DNA from: an uncultured Actinomycetes bacterium
GTDB lineage: Bacteria > Actinomycetota > Thermoleophilia > Solirubrobacterales > Solirubrobacteraceae
Assembly (NCBI GenBank): GCA_963806515.1
Contig: CAWDYO010000009.1
Location: 20,179 to 84,178, forward strand
Direction of reading: 5' to 3'
Length of the DNA: 64,000 nt
The position numbers and the translations under genes are program-made. This document shows, one piece after another, positions 46,335 to 54,756 of the stretch. The stretch's first letter is position 1, and every line of letters begins with the position of its first letter. The notes beneath the pieces are model-generated. The model did not search any database. It had not been told where the DNA came from and saw nothing but the letters and a program-made list of their open reading frames with translations.

Positions 46335-48728
46335 TCAGCGGGGTACGTCGAGCTCGAAGACCGCGCGCAGTCGCGTGCCCTGCGCGTCGCGCGCGACGAC
46401 GGCGATCGTGTTCTCGCCCTTTATGAGCCGGATCGGCGCGGTGAACTCGCCGCGCCCGCGCCGGCGGGTGGGGAGCCGTTGCGGTCGCGCGCGGCCGGCG
46501 GCGGCGACGACCACGATCTCGTCGATCGTCGCCGGGTCCTGGATCGGGGTGTATACGCCGACGGTCAGCGTGCTCGGGCCGGCGCGCTCGGGGCTCGGGG
46601 AGATCCGCACGAAGCCGACGCCGACGATCTGGGCTGTGTAGGCGGGCGGCTGGCCGGGGAAGCGCTCGAAGTTGACGAAGAGCTCGGGACCCGGGACCTC
46701 GAGCTCGAGCGGGACCTCGACGGCGTCGGCAGCGCGCTGGACGAGCGCGGTCGCGCGCCAGCGGCCGTCGAAGGCGAGGTTCGCGCCGGTCGCTTGGTAC
46801 GTGCCGTCTGCCGCGGGCTTGAGCGCGAGCGTCGTGGCGGCGACGCCGGGGTCGTCGAGCGGCTCGAAGCGCAGCCGGACGCGCGCGCCGCGGACGGGCT
46901 CGCCGGAGTCGTAGTCGACGACGCGCGCGCCGAAGCTGTTGGCGCCGGGCTCGGCCGAGGCGGTCGTGAGCGTGACGCGGGTCGTCGTCGCGAAGTCCGC
47001 GCCGGTCGCCCGCAGGCCTTGCGCTGCGACGTCGCCGCCGGCAGGCGGAGCGATCGTTCCGAGTACCGCCGCGAGCGCGATCGCGACTGCGGCGAGCAGC
47101 AGCTCGGCGCGCGACGTGCGCCGCAGCGGGTCGCGCTCCTCGGCCGCCCGCGAGCTGGGCGCAGCCGGCCCGTGATCCTCAGCCGCCCGCGAGGTGCGCG
47201 CAGCCGGCCCGCCATCTTCGACCGGCCGCGCGACGCCCGCCGCCGGCCCGCCATCTTCGACCGGCCGCGCGTCGCCCGCGGCCCGCTCGCGATCCGCCGC
47301 GGCCCAAGCTCGGCGCCTGCGCGCGGCGATCACGACGATGAGCGCTAGCAGCGCGGCTTTCGCGACGATCGCGCGGCCGTAGCCGGTGGCCCACAGGTCG
47401 CCGAACGCGCCGAGCTCGTCGATCGCGCGCAGGGTGCCGGCCACCGCGACGGCGACGATCGCCGCTAGCGCCACGGTCGCGAAGCGGCGCACCGCGACCG
47501 CCCTGGCGGGCGACGATGCGCCGCGCAGGCCAAGGACCAGCGAGGCCAGGCCTCCCGCCCAGACCCCCGCGGCGGCGAAGTGCAGCCACTGCGAGCCGAC
47601 CGCGATCGCTCCCGGCCAGGTGCCCGCGGCGGCGTGCCCGGCCGCGACGTGCGCCGCCATCGCCGCACCCGTCGCGGTCGCGACGGCGGCGAGCGCGAAC
47701 GCGACCCGGCGCGGGGGCCGAGCGTCCACGCGCCAGCGCCATGCGAGGGCGAGCGCGAGGCCCGCGGCGGCGACAGCGAGCGCCCGCTGGACGAGCGCTC
47801 GACCGACGTCGGAGTCCAGCAGCTCGCCGAGAGACGCGCCGGCGCTTCGCCGCTGGGCCTCGAGCAGCCCGGCGAGCCCGATCGCGGCGAGCACCCAGCC
47901 GGCGGCGGCGAGCCGCAGCTCGCCGCCCGCGGCGCCCGCGAAGCCCGCCACGCCGGCGACGGCCGCGCCCAGCAGGAGGACCAGACCCGCGATGAGCAGG
48001 AAGCGAGCGAGCATCTCGAACCCCGAGCCGCCCGGGCTCGTGCTCGTCGTGCGCGCCGCGGGGCCGGTCGGCGCCTCGCCGACGCCGAACGCGAAGGACC
48101 CCGACGTCGCGTGCCCGTCGACCGCCGACAGGCTGCGCCACGTCACGGTGTAGACGCCGCGCGGCAACGTGCGCAGCGCGACCTGCAACGCCGCCGGTTC
48201 ACCGGGGACGGCGCCCGGCGAGCCGTTCTGCTGCGCCGCGCCGCGGCGATCGAGCACGCGCACCTGAGACAGCGCCGGCTCGACGCGCTCGGAGAACGTC
48301 AGCCGGACGGCGGTCGGCGTCGCGCCCAGCGCCGCGCCGACAGCCGGGTCGGCGCGGATCAGCCCCGCGTGCCCGCTCGCCTCCCGCGCGAGCGGGCCGG
48401 CGAGCACCGCGGCCATCGCGAAGGCCGCCAGCGCCGCGCGGTGAACCCCTCGTCGCTCGCGCGCCGCGGCGATCCCGCCCGCTCCAGCCGCGCGACAGGC
48501 GGCTGCCGCACCGTGCACCGCGCGCGCCGCCGCGGACCAGTCCGCTCCAGCCGCGCGACAGGCGGCTGCCGCACCGTGCACCGCGCGCGCCGCCGCGGAC
48601 CAGTCCGCTCCAGCCGCGCGACAGGCGGCTGCCGCACCGTGCACCGCGCGCGCCGCCGCGGACCGGTCCGCTCCAGCCGCGCGGCTGGCCGCCGCCGTGC
48701 CGTCCACCGCCGCCGCCGGCGACCCCAT
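46335..48728 (-). CDS. CopC-CopD fusion copper-resistance membrane protein (YcnJ-like) with C-terminal Ig-like domains; N-terminus uncertain
   Basis: CopC 'HAGLIRADPAVGA..TPTAVRLTFSE....VRVLD..G.......LPRGVYTVTWRSLSAVDGHATSG.FAFGV'. This is followed by about 8 TM helices (CopD). ATG 48728 overlaps the upstream stop (ATGA). ATG 48416 is an alternative start. Confidence 0.75.
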   Translation of the reverse strand: MGSPAAAVDGTAAASRAAGADRSAAARAVHGAAAACRAAGADWSAAARAVHGAAAACRAAGADWSAAARAVHGAAAACRAAGAGGIAAARERRGVHRAALAAFAMAAVLAGPLAREASGHAGLIRADPAVGAALGATPTAVRLTFSERVEPALSQVRVLDRRGAAQQNGSPGAVPGEPAALQVALRTLPRGVYTVTWRSLSAVDGHATSGSFAFGVGEAPTGPAARTTSTSPGGSGFEMLARFLLIAGLVLLLGAAVAGVAGFAGAAGGELRLAAAGWVLAAIGLAGLLEAQRRSAGASLGELLDSDVGRALVQRALAVAAAGLALALAWRWRVDARPPRRVAFALAAVATATGAAMAAHVAAGHAAAGTWPGAIAVGSQWLHFAAAGVWAGGLASLVLGLRGASSPARAVAVRRFATVALAAIVAVAVAGTLRAIDELGAFGDLWATGYGRAIVAKAALLALIVVIAARRRRAWAAADRERAAGDARPVEDGGPAAGVARPVEDGGPAARTSRAAEDHGPAAPSSRAAEERDPLRRTSRAELLLAAVAIALAAVLGTIAPPAGGDVAAQGLRATGADFATTTRVTLTTASAEPGANSFGARVVDYDSGEPVRGARVRLRFEPLDDPGVAATTLALKPAADGTYQATGANLAFDGRWRATALVQRAADAVEVPLELEVPGPELFVNFERFPGQPPAYTAQIVGVGFVRISPSPERAGPSTLTVGVYTPIQDPATIDEIVVVAAAGRARPQRLPTRRRGRGEFTAPIRLIKGENTIAVVARDAQGTRLRAVFELDVPR
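48461..48725. repeat. 63-bp tandem repeat, 3 near-identical copies plus degenerate flanking copies
   Basis: GCTCCAGCCGCGCGACAGGCGGCTGCCGCACCGTGCACCGCGCGCGCCGCCGCGGACCAGTCC starts at 48481, 48544 and 48607. A degenerate copy starts at 48670. Confidence 0.9.
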
Positions 48729-49342
48729 CAGCCCTTGCGCGCGGCGCGCAGCGCGACGGCGACCGCAGCGACGATCGCGAGCGCCGCGGCGACGAGCGCG
48801 GCGATCGCGAGCTTCTGCGCGTCGTCGGCCGCGTCCTCGCTTCGGGCGGCGCGCGCCAGCGCCCGATCGAGCTTGGCGTCGAGCTCGCTGCCGGACGGCT
48901 CCACGAACGGAAACTGGATCGCGCCCGTCCCCTCGACGCAATCGAACGTGTCATCCGAGCACGTCGCGGCGACGTCGACGCTCCGGCCGCGCAGCGTCCC
49001 TGTCACGCGGAATGCGTAGATGCCGGGCCGGGTCGGCACGATCGTCGCGACATAGGCGCCGCGCTCGCCGGCGGGCTCGAGCGCCAGCTCGCGGCGGGCC
49101 TCGCCGAAGCTCACCTCCACCCGCAGCGACGCTCGCGAATCGTCGACGGGCTCACCCGCCGCGTCCCGCGCGCCGACCTCGACGGCGTTGCGCACGCCGC
49201 TGTAGGCGGGCTCGTCGGCCCAGCCGAGCTCGACGGTGTAGGGACCCGCGCTCTTGCGCACGTGGCCCGCGGCCGCCGGCGCGAGCGCCAGCGCCGCCAC
49301 GAGCCCGGCGACCAAGGCTCCGCTCCGGCCCCGCTGACGCAT
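48728..49342 (-). CDS. Secreted, C-terminally anchored protein with N-terminal His after the predicted signal cleavage (YcnI-like architecture, tentative)
   Basis: ATG 49342 is preceded by GGAG. 'MRQRGRSGALVAGLVAALALAPAAAG|HV..'. C-terminal TM 'LAIAALVAAALAIVAAVAVAL'. It lies upstream of and is coupled to the CopCD gene. Confidence 0.6.
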   Translation of the reverse strand: MRQRGRSGALVAGLVAALALAPAAAGHVRKSAGPYTVELGWADEPAYSGVRNAVEVGARDAAGEPVDDSRASLRVEVSFGEARRELALEPAGERGAYVATIVPTRPGIYAFRVTGTLRGRSVDVAATCSDDTFDCVEGTGAIQFPFVEPSGSELDAKLDRALARAARSEDAADDAQKLAIAALVAAALAIVAAVAVALRAARKG

Positions 49343-49542
49343 CTCACTCCTCGAGTCGCCCGGCTTCACATGACCCCCGCCCCGCCGCCGCGCCGCGAAT
49401 CTACCGCACGCCGCCGCGCCCGATCCGCGTATCAGCCCGGCGATCGGCCCTCTCTAGGTGGCGAAGGCGCGATCGGCGCCTTGGGCACCCGGCGGCCAAC
49501 CCCGCCGTCGCGCCCCCTGAAACCAGCAAGCGAGGACATGTC

Positions 49543-49758
49543 ATGAAGCAGTGTGGAGACATCTCGGTCAGCGACACCACGTCGTGCCCGTTCGCCAAGA
49601 ACGTGCGCGAGGCGTACTTCTCGGTCCCCGGCGACTCCGTGGAGGTCGAGGTCCACAGCCCGGTCACCGGCAAGGACTACGTGATGGCCTGCGTGAAGTC
49701 CGGCGACAGCGTGACATGCCGCGGCGGCAACGCGGCCGTGGTCAAGTTCGCCGCGTAG
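49543..49758 (+). CDS. Hypothetical small Cys-containing protein
   Basis: 71 aa, 'MKQCGDISVSDTTSCPFAKNVREAYF...ACVKSGDSVTCRGG' (4 Cys). GAGGA lies upstream. Confidence 0.45.
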   Translation: MKQCGDISVSDTTSCPFAKNVREAYFSVPGDSVEVEVHSPVTGKDYVMACVKSGDSVTCRGGNAAVVKFAA

Positions 49759-49810
49759 GCATACGGATGACGAAGACGGCCAGCTCCGGTGGCACGCGCC
49801 GGACTGGTCC

Positions 49811-50485
49811 TCAGCCGAGCGCGAGCGCAACGGCGAAGAGAAACGCGGCGAACGCCGGCAGCGCGGCGGCGAACCCGCGGAGCATCGAGACGGCCGCGGC
49901 GGGGCCGTCGTGGGCGAGCGCGAACGCGGCGACGACGCTCGTCGCGATCGGAAACGGCGTGAGCACGCCGCTCAGCGCCGGACCGAGGGCGTCCGCGGCT
50001 GTCGTGATCGTGAACACGAGCAGGGCCGTGGACGCGGCGCGCGCGTAGAGGTCCCAGGGCGGCGGCGGCGGTCGGTCCTCGCCGGGACCTTCGTGCGCGC
50101 CCAGCATCACCCGAGCCGCGACGATGGCGACGAGCGCGAGCGCGAGGCCGGCGAGCGGGTGCGCGTCCCACCGCGAGGCCGCGGCGGCGATCACGCCGTA
50201 GGCGAGCCAGCCGGCCACGAGCGCCGGGATCCAGCCCAGCCGGCGCACACGCGCGAACACCACGCAGAACGCGCTGAGGGCGACGAGACCGAGCAACGCT
50301 CCGCGCGCGGCATGAGCCCCGAATGCCGCCCCGTGCTCGAGCGCGATCACCAGCAGGATCGGACCCGCCACGACCGGCAGCGCGATGACGACGCCGCTCG
50401 CGCGGGAGCCCCATCGCCGCCCGGCGAGCGTCGCGCCGACGACGAGCGCGGGCGCCAGCCCCAGCTTCAAGAGCAGCATGCCCAC
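49811..50485 (-). CDS. Hypothetical polytopic membrane protein
   Basis: 224 aa with about 6 hydrophobic helices. No family recognised. Confidence 0.5.
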   Translation of the reverse strand: MGMLLLKLGLAPALVVGATLAGRRWGSRASGVVIALPVVAGPILLVIALEHGAAFGAHAARGALLGLVALSAFCVVFARVRRLGWIPALVAGWLAYGVIAAAASRWDAHPLAGLALALVAIVAARVMLGAHEGPGEDRPPPPPWDLYARAASTALLVFTITTAADALGPALSGVLTPFPIATSVVAAFALAHDGPAAAVSMLRGFAAALPAFAAFLFAVALALG

Positions 50486-50634
50486 CGCGCTGACGCTACA
50501 CCCGCGGTCCGCCGGCGGAGACGGCCAACGGACCGGACGCGGGCACCATCGGACGATGGTGGGCGGTCAGCCGCACCCCAAGACGCCTGCTGTCTTCACC
50601 GACGCCCGGGGCCCGCGCTGAGACGCTGGGCGAC

Positions 50635-51429
50635 ATGAGACTTCGACTTCCCGCAACCGCCCTGACGATCGCCGCCCTCGCCCTCCCCGCGAGCGCAGCC
50701 GCGACCACCGCGACCCAGCACCTGACCGATGGCCAGCAGCTCGTGACCAACCTCGCCCTCACCGCCTGGCCGGGGCAGAACGCGATCAACAAGTACGACT
50801 CCGACGGCGCGAACTCCGGCGTCATGTGGGGCACGGCCGGCGTCGCCGCCGGCTGGTCCAACGACACGCAGTGTGCGCGCTTCGCGCGCGAGCTCTTCGG
50901 GCGCGCCTACAGCTGGGCGACAAACGCCTGGTTCACCGCCGAGTTCGGCTCCACGTCGCCCGACACCGAGCAACTCGTCGCGAACCTGCCGAGCGCGGAC
51001 CACTTCAACCTCGTCAACACCGTCACCTCGCTCCAGGCCGGCGACCTCGTGATGTTCGACAAGACGGGCACGGGCGTCGACCACACCGTCGTCGTTCGCC
51101 AGGTGACGTCGCTGCCGGGCGGGATCACGCCGCAGGCCGGGACGGTCCAGTACGCCGTCCAGGTGATCGACAGCACGTCCAACCCGCACGGGTACCTCAT
51201 CAACGGCACGAACCACACGTACAAGCAGTGGGCCGATACCCGCCGCCTCGACGGCAGCGGCACGTCCGTGACCGAGTACAACGGGGCAGGCTACGGCTGG
51301 ATGGTGCTGTACGCCAACAGCTCCAACGGCTTGGTCTACGGCTGGCGGTGGGGCGTCAACGAGTCGGCGATCTCGAAGGTCTCCGACGGGCACACCGTGA
51401 TGTTCGCCCGCGCGACCGTCGAGGCCTGA
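50635..51429 (+). CDS. Secreted protein with CHAP/NlpC-P60-like papain-fold signature (tentative)
   Basis: Signal peptide 'ALTIAALALPASAAA'. Candidate nucleophile 'NDTQCARFAREL'. Candidate His 'AGDLVMFDKTGTGVDHTVVV'. Confidence 0.55.
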   Translation: MRLRLPATALTIAALALPASAAATTATQHLTDGQQLVTNLALTAWPGQNAINKYDSDGANSGVMWGTAGVAAGWSNDTQCARFARELFGRAYSWATNAWFTAEFGSTSPDTEQLVANLPSADHFNLVNTVTSLQAGDLVMFDKTGTGVDHTVVVRQVTSLPGGITPQAGTVQYAVQVIDSTSNPHGYLINGTNHTYKQWADTRRLDGSGTSVTEYNGAGYGWMVLYANSSNGLVYGWRWGVNESAISKVSDGHTVMFARATVEA

Positions 51430-51432
51430 CGG

Positions 51433-51480
51433 CCGATCCGGCGCTCGGCCTGCGGGGCGAGCGCCGAAGCGCCGGATCGG
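51433..51480 (+). terminator. Hairpin after the CHAP-like gene
   Basis: CCGATCCGGCGC ... GCGCCGGATCGG, perfect 12-bp arms with a 24-nt loop, starting 4 nt after the stop. Confidence 0.45.
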
Positions 51481-51561
51481 CGGGCCGCGCTCGCCCGGTT
51501 CCCGGAAACCCGCCCGATCGACCGGCCACGTCCCCGGCCGCGGGGAGTACCGTTTCGTTCG

Positions 51562-51909
51562 ATGCCGAGTCCGATCATCAACACGGCCGCCAAGATCATG
51601 TGCGCGCACGGCGGCCAGGTGACGCTGATCCCCAAGCAGATGAAGGTCCTCGTCGGTGGCATGCCGGCGATGTGCGTGGGCGATCTCGTCGGCTCGCCGA
51701 TCGTCGGCTGCGCCCAGCCGCCGACCCCCGCGACGGCACCGTGCCTCGTCGTCGCGAGCGAGATCCCGATCCCGATGGTGGGCATGAGCCCGAAGGTGCT
51801 CGTCGGCGGCAAGCCCGTGCTGCTCGCTGGCATCAACGGCGTCACGAGCGGCGTGCCGCCCTCGCCACTCATCGTCGCCTTCCCGGGTCAGACCAAAGTT
51901 CTGGCATAG
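51562..51909 (+). CDS. PAAR-like small beta-cone protein (DUF4280-like, tentative)
   Basis: 115 aa. 'IMCAHGGQVTL', 'KVLVGGMPA', 'APCLVV', 'KVLVGGKPVL' and C-terminal 'PGQTKVLA' resemble the DUF4280/PAAR-like pattern as I recall it. Four Cys. Confidence 0.5.
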   Translation: MPSPIINTAAKIMCAHGGQVTLIPKQMKVLVGGMPAMCVGDLVGSPIVGCAQPPTPATAPCLVVASEIPIPMVGMSPKVLVGGKPVLLAGINGVTSGVPPSPLIVAFPGQTKVLA

Positions 51910-51914
51910 CGCCC

Positions 51915-53918
51915 GTGTCGCTCGCGGACTACGACGTCATCCGGGAGCTGGGCCGCGGCGGCATGGCCGCCGTCCACCTCGCCCGCCAGCGCGAGATGCA
52001 GCGGCTCGTCGCGCTCAAGGAGCTCGGCGGCTTCCAGGCCCGCGACCCCACGTCGGTCGAGCGCTTCCTGCGCGAGTCGCGGTTGGCGGGCTCGCTGAAC
52101 CACCCGAACATCGTCACGGTGTACGAGTTCTTCGAGGACGCCGGGACGCCGTACATCGCGATGGAGCTCGTCGAGGGCGGCTCGCTGCGGCCGTTGATCG
52201 GCGAGCTGTCGCTGCCGCGCGTCGCACGCGTGCTCGAGGACGTGCTCGCCGCCGTCGGCCACGCCGGCAACGCCGGGATCGTGCACCGCGACATCAAGCC
52301 CGAGAACACCCTCATCACGAAGGACGGGCGCGTGAAGGTCGCCGACTTCGGGATCGCGAAGGGTGCCGCCGCGAGCGGCCAGCAGGGCCTGACGTCGGAG
52401 GGGATGACCGTCGGCACCCCCGAGTACATGTCCCCCGAGCAGGCGCTCGGCAAGAACGTCACGCCGCAGTCCGACCTCTACTCGATCGGCTGCATGACCT
52501 ACGAGATGCTCACCGGGCGGCTGCCGTTCTCAGGCGACACGCAGGGCGCACTGCTCGTCAAGCAGGTCTCCGAGCCGGTCCCCGACGTGCGCGAGGTCGA
52601 CCCGCACATCCCCGAGTCTGTCGCGCAGTGGGTCGCGACGATGACCGAGAAGGATCCCGACGACCGCTTCGAGGGCGCGGCCGCCGCGTGGGATGCGTTC
52701 GAGGAGGCCGTGCTCGAGTTCATCGGCCCGCTGTGGCGCCGCGACGCGACGCTCGAGCCCGGCTCGTCGATCGACGTCAGCGACGTCCCCGAGCAGACCG
52801 CCAAGCCGCTGCAGAAGACACCGTCGTCGGCGCCGATCGCCACGACCGGGTACCAGACCTACCAGGCGCCGGCCGCGCTGCACGAGCTGCTCGAGGGCGA
52901 CCCGGACGCGGCGCCCGCCGTCGTCACGCCGCCGCCGCGACCGGCCGCCAAGCCCGCGCCGCGCCGCGTCACGCCGCCGCCCGTCGCCGTGCCGCCTGGC
53001 GCCGGCGGGCCGCCCGCCAAGGACAAGCCGGCCGCCAAGGACGAGCCCGAGCCCAAGCCGCAGCGGCCGTTGCCGGTCGGGCTGATCAGCGCGGCGGCGC
53101 TCGTCGTCGCGATCGTGGCGTTCGTCCTCGGGATGTCGAGCAAGAAGTCCGACCCGCCTGCCACGGCGAACGGCGACGGCTTCGTCTTGAAGGCCCCGCC
53201 GGGCTGGGCGCCCGCGACGGCCGGCTCGTCCCCGGCGCTGGCCGCGTCCAGCGCCAAGCTCGCGCCGCCCGGCGCGCCCCCCGGCGAGGGCATCTCCGCC
53301 GCCCGGCTGCCGACCGCGCAGTACGCGGGGCTGGCAGCGCGCGGCAAGGCGACGCGCGTGAAGCTCGGCGCCGGCGAGGCGGTACGCATCGACGCCCCCG
53401 ACGCGACGCTCTTCGCCCTGCCGACCGACGCGGGACTCATCGTCGTCGCGTGCAGCAAGGCGCCGGTCGTGGTGGAGGTGTGCCCGGACGCTGCGGGATC
53501 GCTTGAGCTCACGCGCGGCAAGGCGTTGGAGCTCGGGCCGACCGAGGCGGGAGCGCGCTCGCTGAGCGGTGCGTTCACGCGCCTGAAGGACGGCGTCGAG
53601 AACCCGACCGAGGATCTCCAGGACGCAAGCTCCGCGAACTCGCAGTCCACGGCCGCGAGCGACCTGGCGCGCGCGTTCCGCACGGCCGCGGGCGCGGTGC
53701 GGCGCGCGCCCGTGGGCGCCCTCGCCACCCGCGCGCGCAACGCGCTCGCCGATGCGCTCGGCGCGGTCGCGGCGGCGTGGACGAAGTATTCGAATGCGGC
53801 GGACTCGGGCAGCTCGAGCGGGGTTTCCTCGGCGCGCCAGTCCGTCGACCGCGCGCGTGCGCGCGTGACCAAGGCCCGCGCCCAGCTGGCGTCGGCGGGA
53901 TATCCGGGAGGTGGTTGA
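51915..53918 (+). CDS. Hanks-type Ser/Thr protein kinase, single TM, extracytoplasmic domain of unknown type (no PASTA)
   Basis: 'LGRGGMAAV', 'VALKEL', 'HRDIKPEN', 'VADFGIA', 'GTPEYMSPE'. Pro-rich linker. TM 'VGLISAAALVVAIVAFVLG'. The GTG start is 6 nt after the PAAR-like stop. Confidence 0.9.
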   Translation: MSLADYDVIRELGRGGMAAVHLARQREMQRLVALKELGGFQARDPTSVERFLRESRLAGSLNHPNIVTVYEFFEDAGTPYIAMELVEGGSLRPLIGELSLPRVARVLEDVLAAVGHAGNAGIVHRDIKPENTLITKDGRVKVADFGIAKGAAASGQQGLTSEGMTVGTPEYMSPEQALGKNVTPQSDLYSIGCMTYEMLTGRLPFSGDTQGALLVKQVSEPVPDVREVDPHIPESVAQWVATMTEKDPDDRFEGAAAAWDAFEEAVLEFIGPLWRRDATLEPGSSIDVSDVPEQTAKPLQKTPSSAPIATTGYQTYQAPAALHELLEGDPDAAPAVVTPPPRPAAKPAPRRVTPPPVAVPPGAGGPPAKDKPAAKDEPEPKPQRPLPVGLISAAALVVAIVAFVLGMSSKKSDPPATANGDGFVLKAPPGWAPATAGSSPALAASSAKLAPPGAPPGEGISAARLPTAQYAGLAARGKATRVKLGAGEAVRIDAPDATLFALPTDAGLIVVACSKAPVVVEVCPDAAGSLELTRGKALELGPTEAGARSLSGAFTRLKDGVENPTEDLQDASSANSQSTAASDLARAFRTAAGAVRRAPVGALATRARNALADALGAVAAAWTKYSNAADSGSSSGVSSARQSVDRARARVTKARAQLASAGYPGGG

Positions 53919-53921
53919 GCA

Positions 53922-54326
53922 ATGCGAGCGTTGATCGTCGCGGTGGTCGTCGTCGGTGTCGTCGGGATCGCCGCGTTCCTGGCCGGTGGTGCACTCGGCG
54001 GAGACGACGGCGGCCTGTCCGGCTCGGCGGACGTCGTCAAGAGCTCGAGCAAGTCGGTCGGGACCCCGGCGTCGGGGCCGTCGGCACCGAGGATGAAGTC
54101 GGCGAGCTCTGGGTCGAGCGGCGGGTCGAGCTCGAGCAGCAGCAGCGGTGGCTCCGGCGGCAGCAGCGGCTCGAGCGGCGGCAGCAGCAGCGGCGGATCG
54201 AGCAGCGGTGGAAGCTCGAGCAGCGGCGGCAGCAGCTCGTCGACGACACCGCCCCCGCCCCCGCCACCACCACCGCCGCCCATCTCCTCCGGCGGCACCG
54301 GCGGCGAGGAGTCGATCGAGGAGTAG
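53922..54326 (+). CDS. Small membrane-anchored Ser/Gly/Pro-rich low-complexity protein
   Basis: 'MRALIVAVVVVGVVGIAAFLAGG', then (S/G)n, then 'PPPPPPPPPPP'. The ATG is 3 nt after the kinase stop. Confidence 0.5.
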   Translation: MRALIVAVVVVGVVGIAAFLAGGALGGDDGGLSGSADVVKSSSKSVGTPASGPSAPRMKSASSGSSGGSSSSSSSGGSGGSSGSSGGSSSGGSSSGGSSSSGGSSSSTTPPPPPPPPPPPISSGGTGGEESIEE

Positions 54327-54439
54327 TCGAGCGCCGGCGAGCGAAGCCGGCGACCAACTACGGCACTCGGCCGGTCGACCGGGGAAGTGCTGCAATCGTC
54401 GTCGAGAACGAGCGCTCTGGGAGCCGGCACCGAGCGACT

Positions 54440-54478
54440 GTGGTTCGAAACGCGCCTATGTCTCACGTTTCGAACCAC
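54440..54478. repeat. Perfect 13-bp inverted repeat (hairpin) in a 430-bp non-coding gap
   Basis: GTGGTTCGAAACG-(13 nt)-CGTTTCGAACCAC. Confidence 0.85.
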
Positions 54479-54756
54479 TGTCTCCGCGGCGCCGAGGATC
54501 AGTGTCGCTTCTCGCGCAGGGGGCGCTTTCGCCGGACACCTTGCTCGCTGCTCGTCTCGTCCGAGGCGACAGCGGAGGCAGCATTCGAAGTTGGGCCCGG
54601 CAGTGCCGGGTCGTGCGATCGTCGTCTCACCGGTGTCGCCGCTGGACAGGCGGCGATTCAACGGGGAGCTGCGAAGCTTGGGTTGAACCGACCGAAACGA
54701 TCGAGAGAAGCGAATTGCGACGAGTGAGCAGACCGGTCCTCTGTGGAGCCGTGGGG

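Noticed and set aside
48729-48941. Extension of the CopCD ORF upstream of ATG 48728
   Set aside because: It would overlap the 3' end of the YcnI-like gene in another frame and is pure Arg-rich sequence. The ATGA junction at 48728 is the natural boundary.
54100-54290. (AGC/GGC)n and (CCN)n triplet runs as a non-coding microsatellite
   Set aside because: They are in frame within a small ORF that has a proper TM anchor and a start 3 nt after the kinase stop. They are more simply read as a Ser/Gly/Pro low-complexity coding region.
54440-54452. tRNA-like T-arm string GGTTCGAAAC
   Set aside because: No flanking 5-bp T-stem, acceptor stem, D-arm or anticodon arm can be drawn. The string is one arm of a 13-bp inverted repeat.
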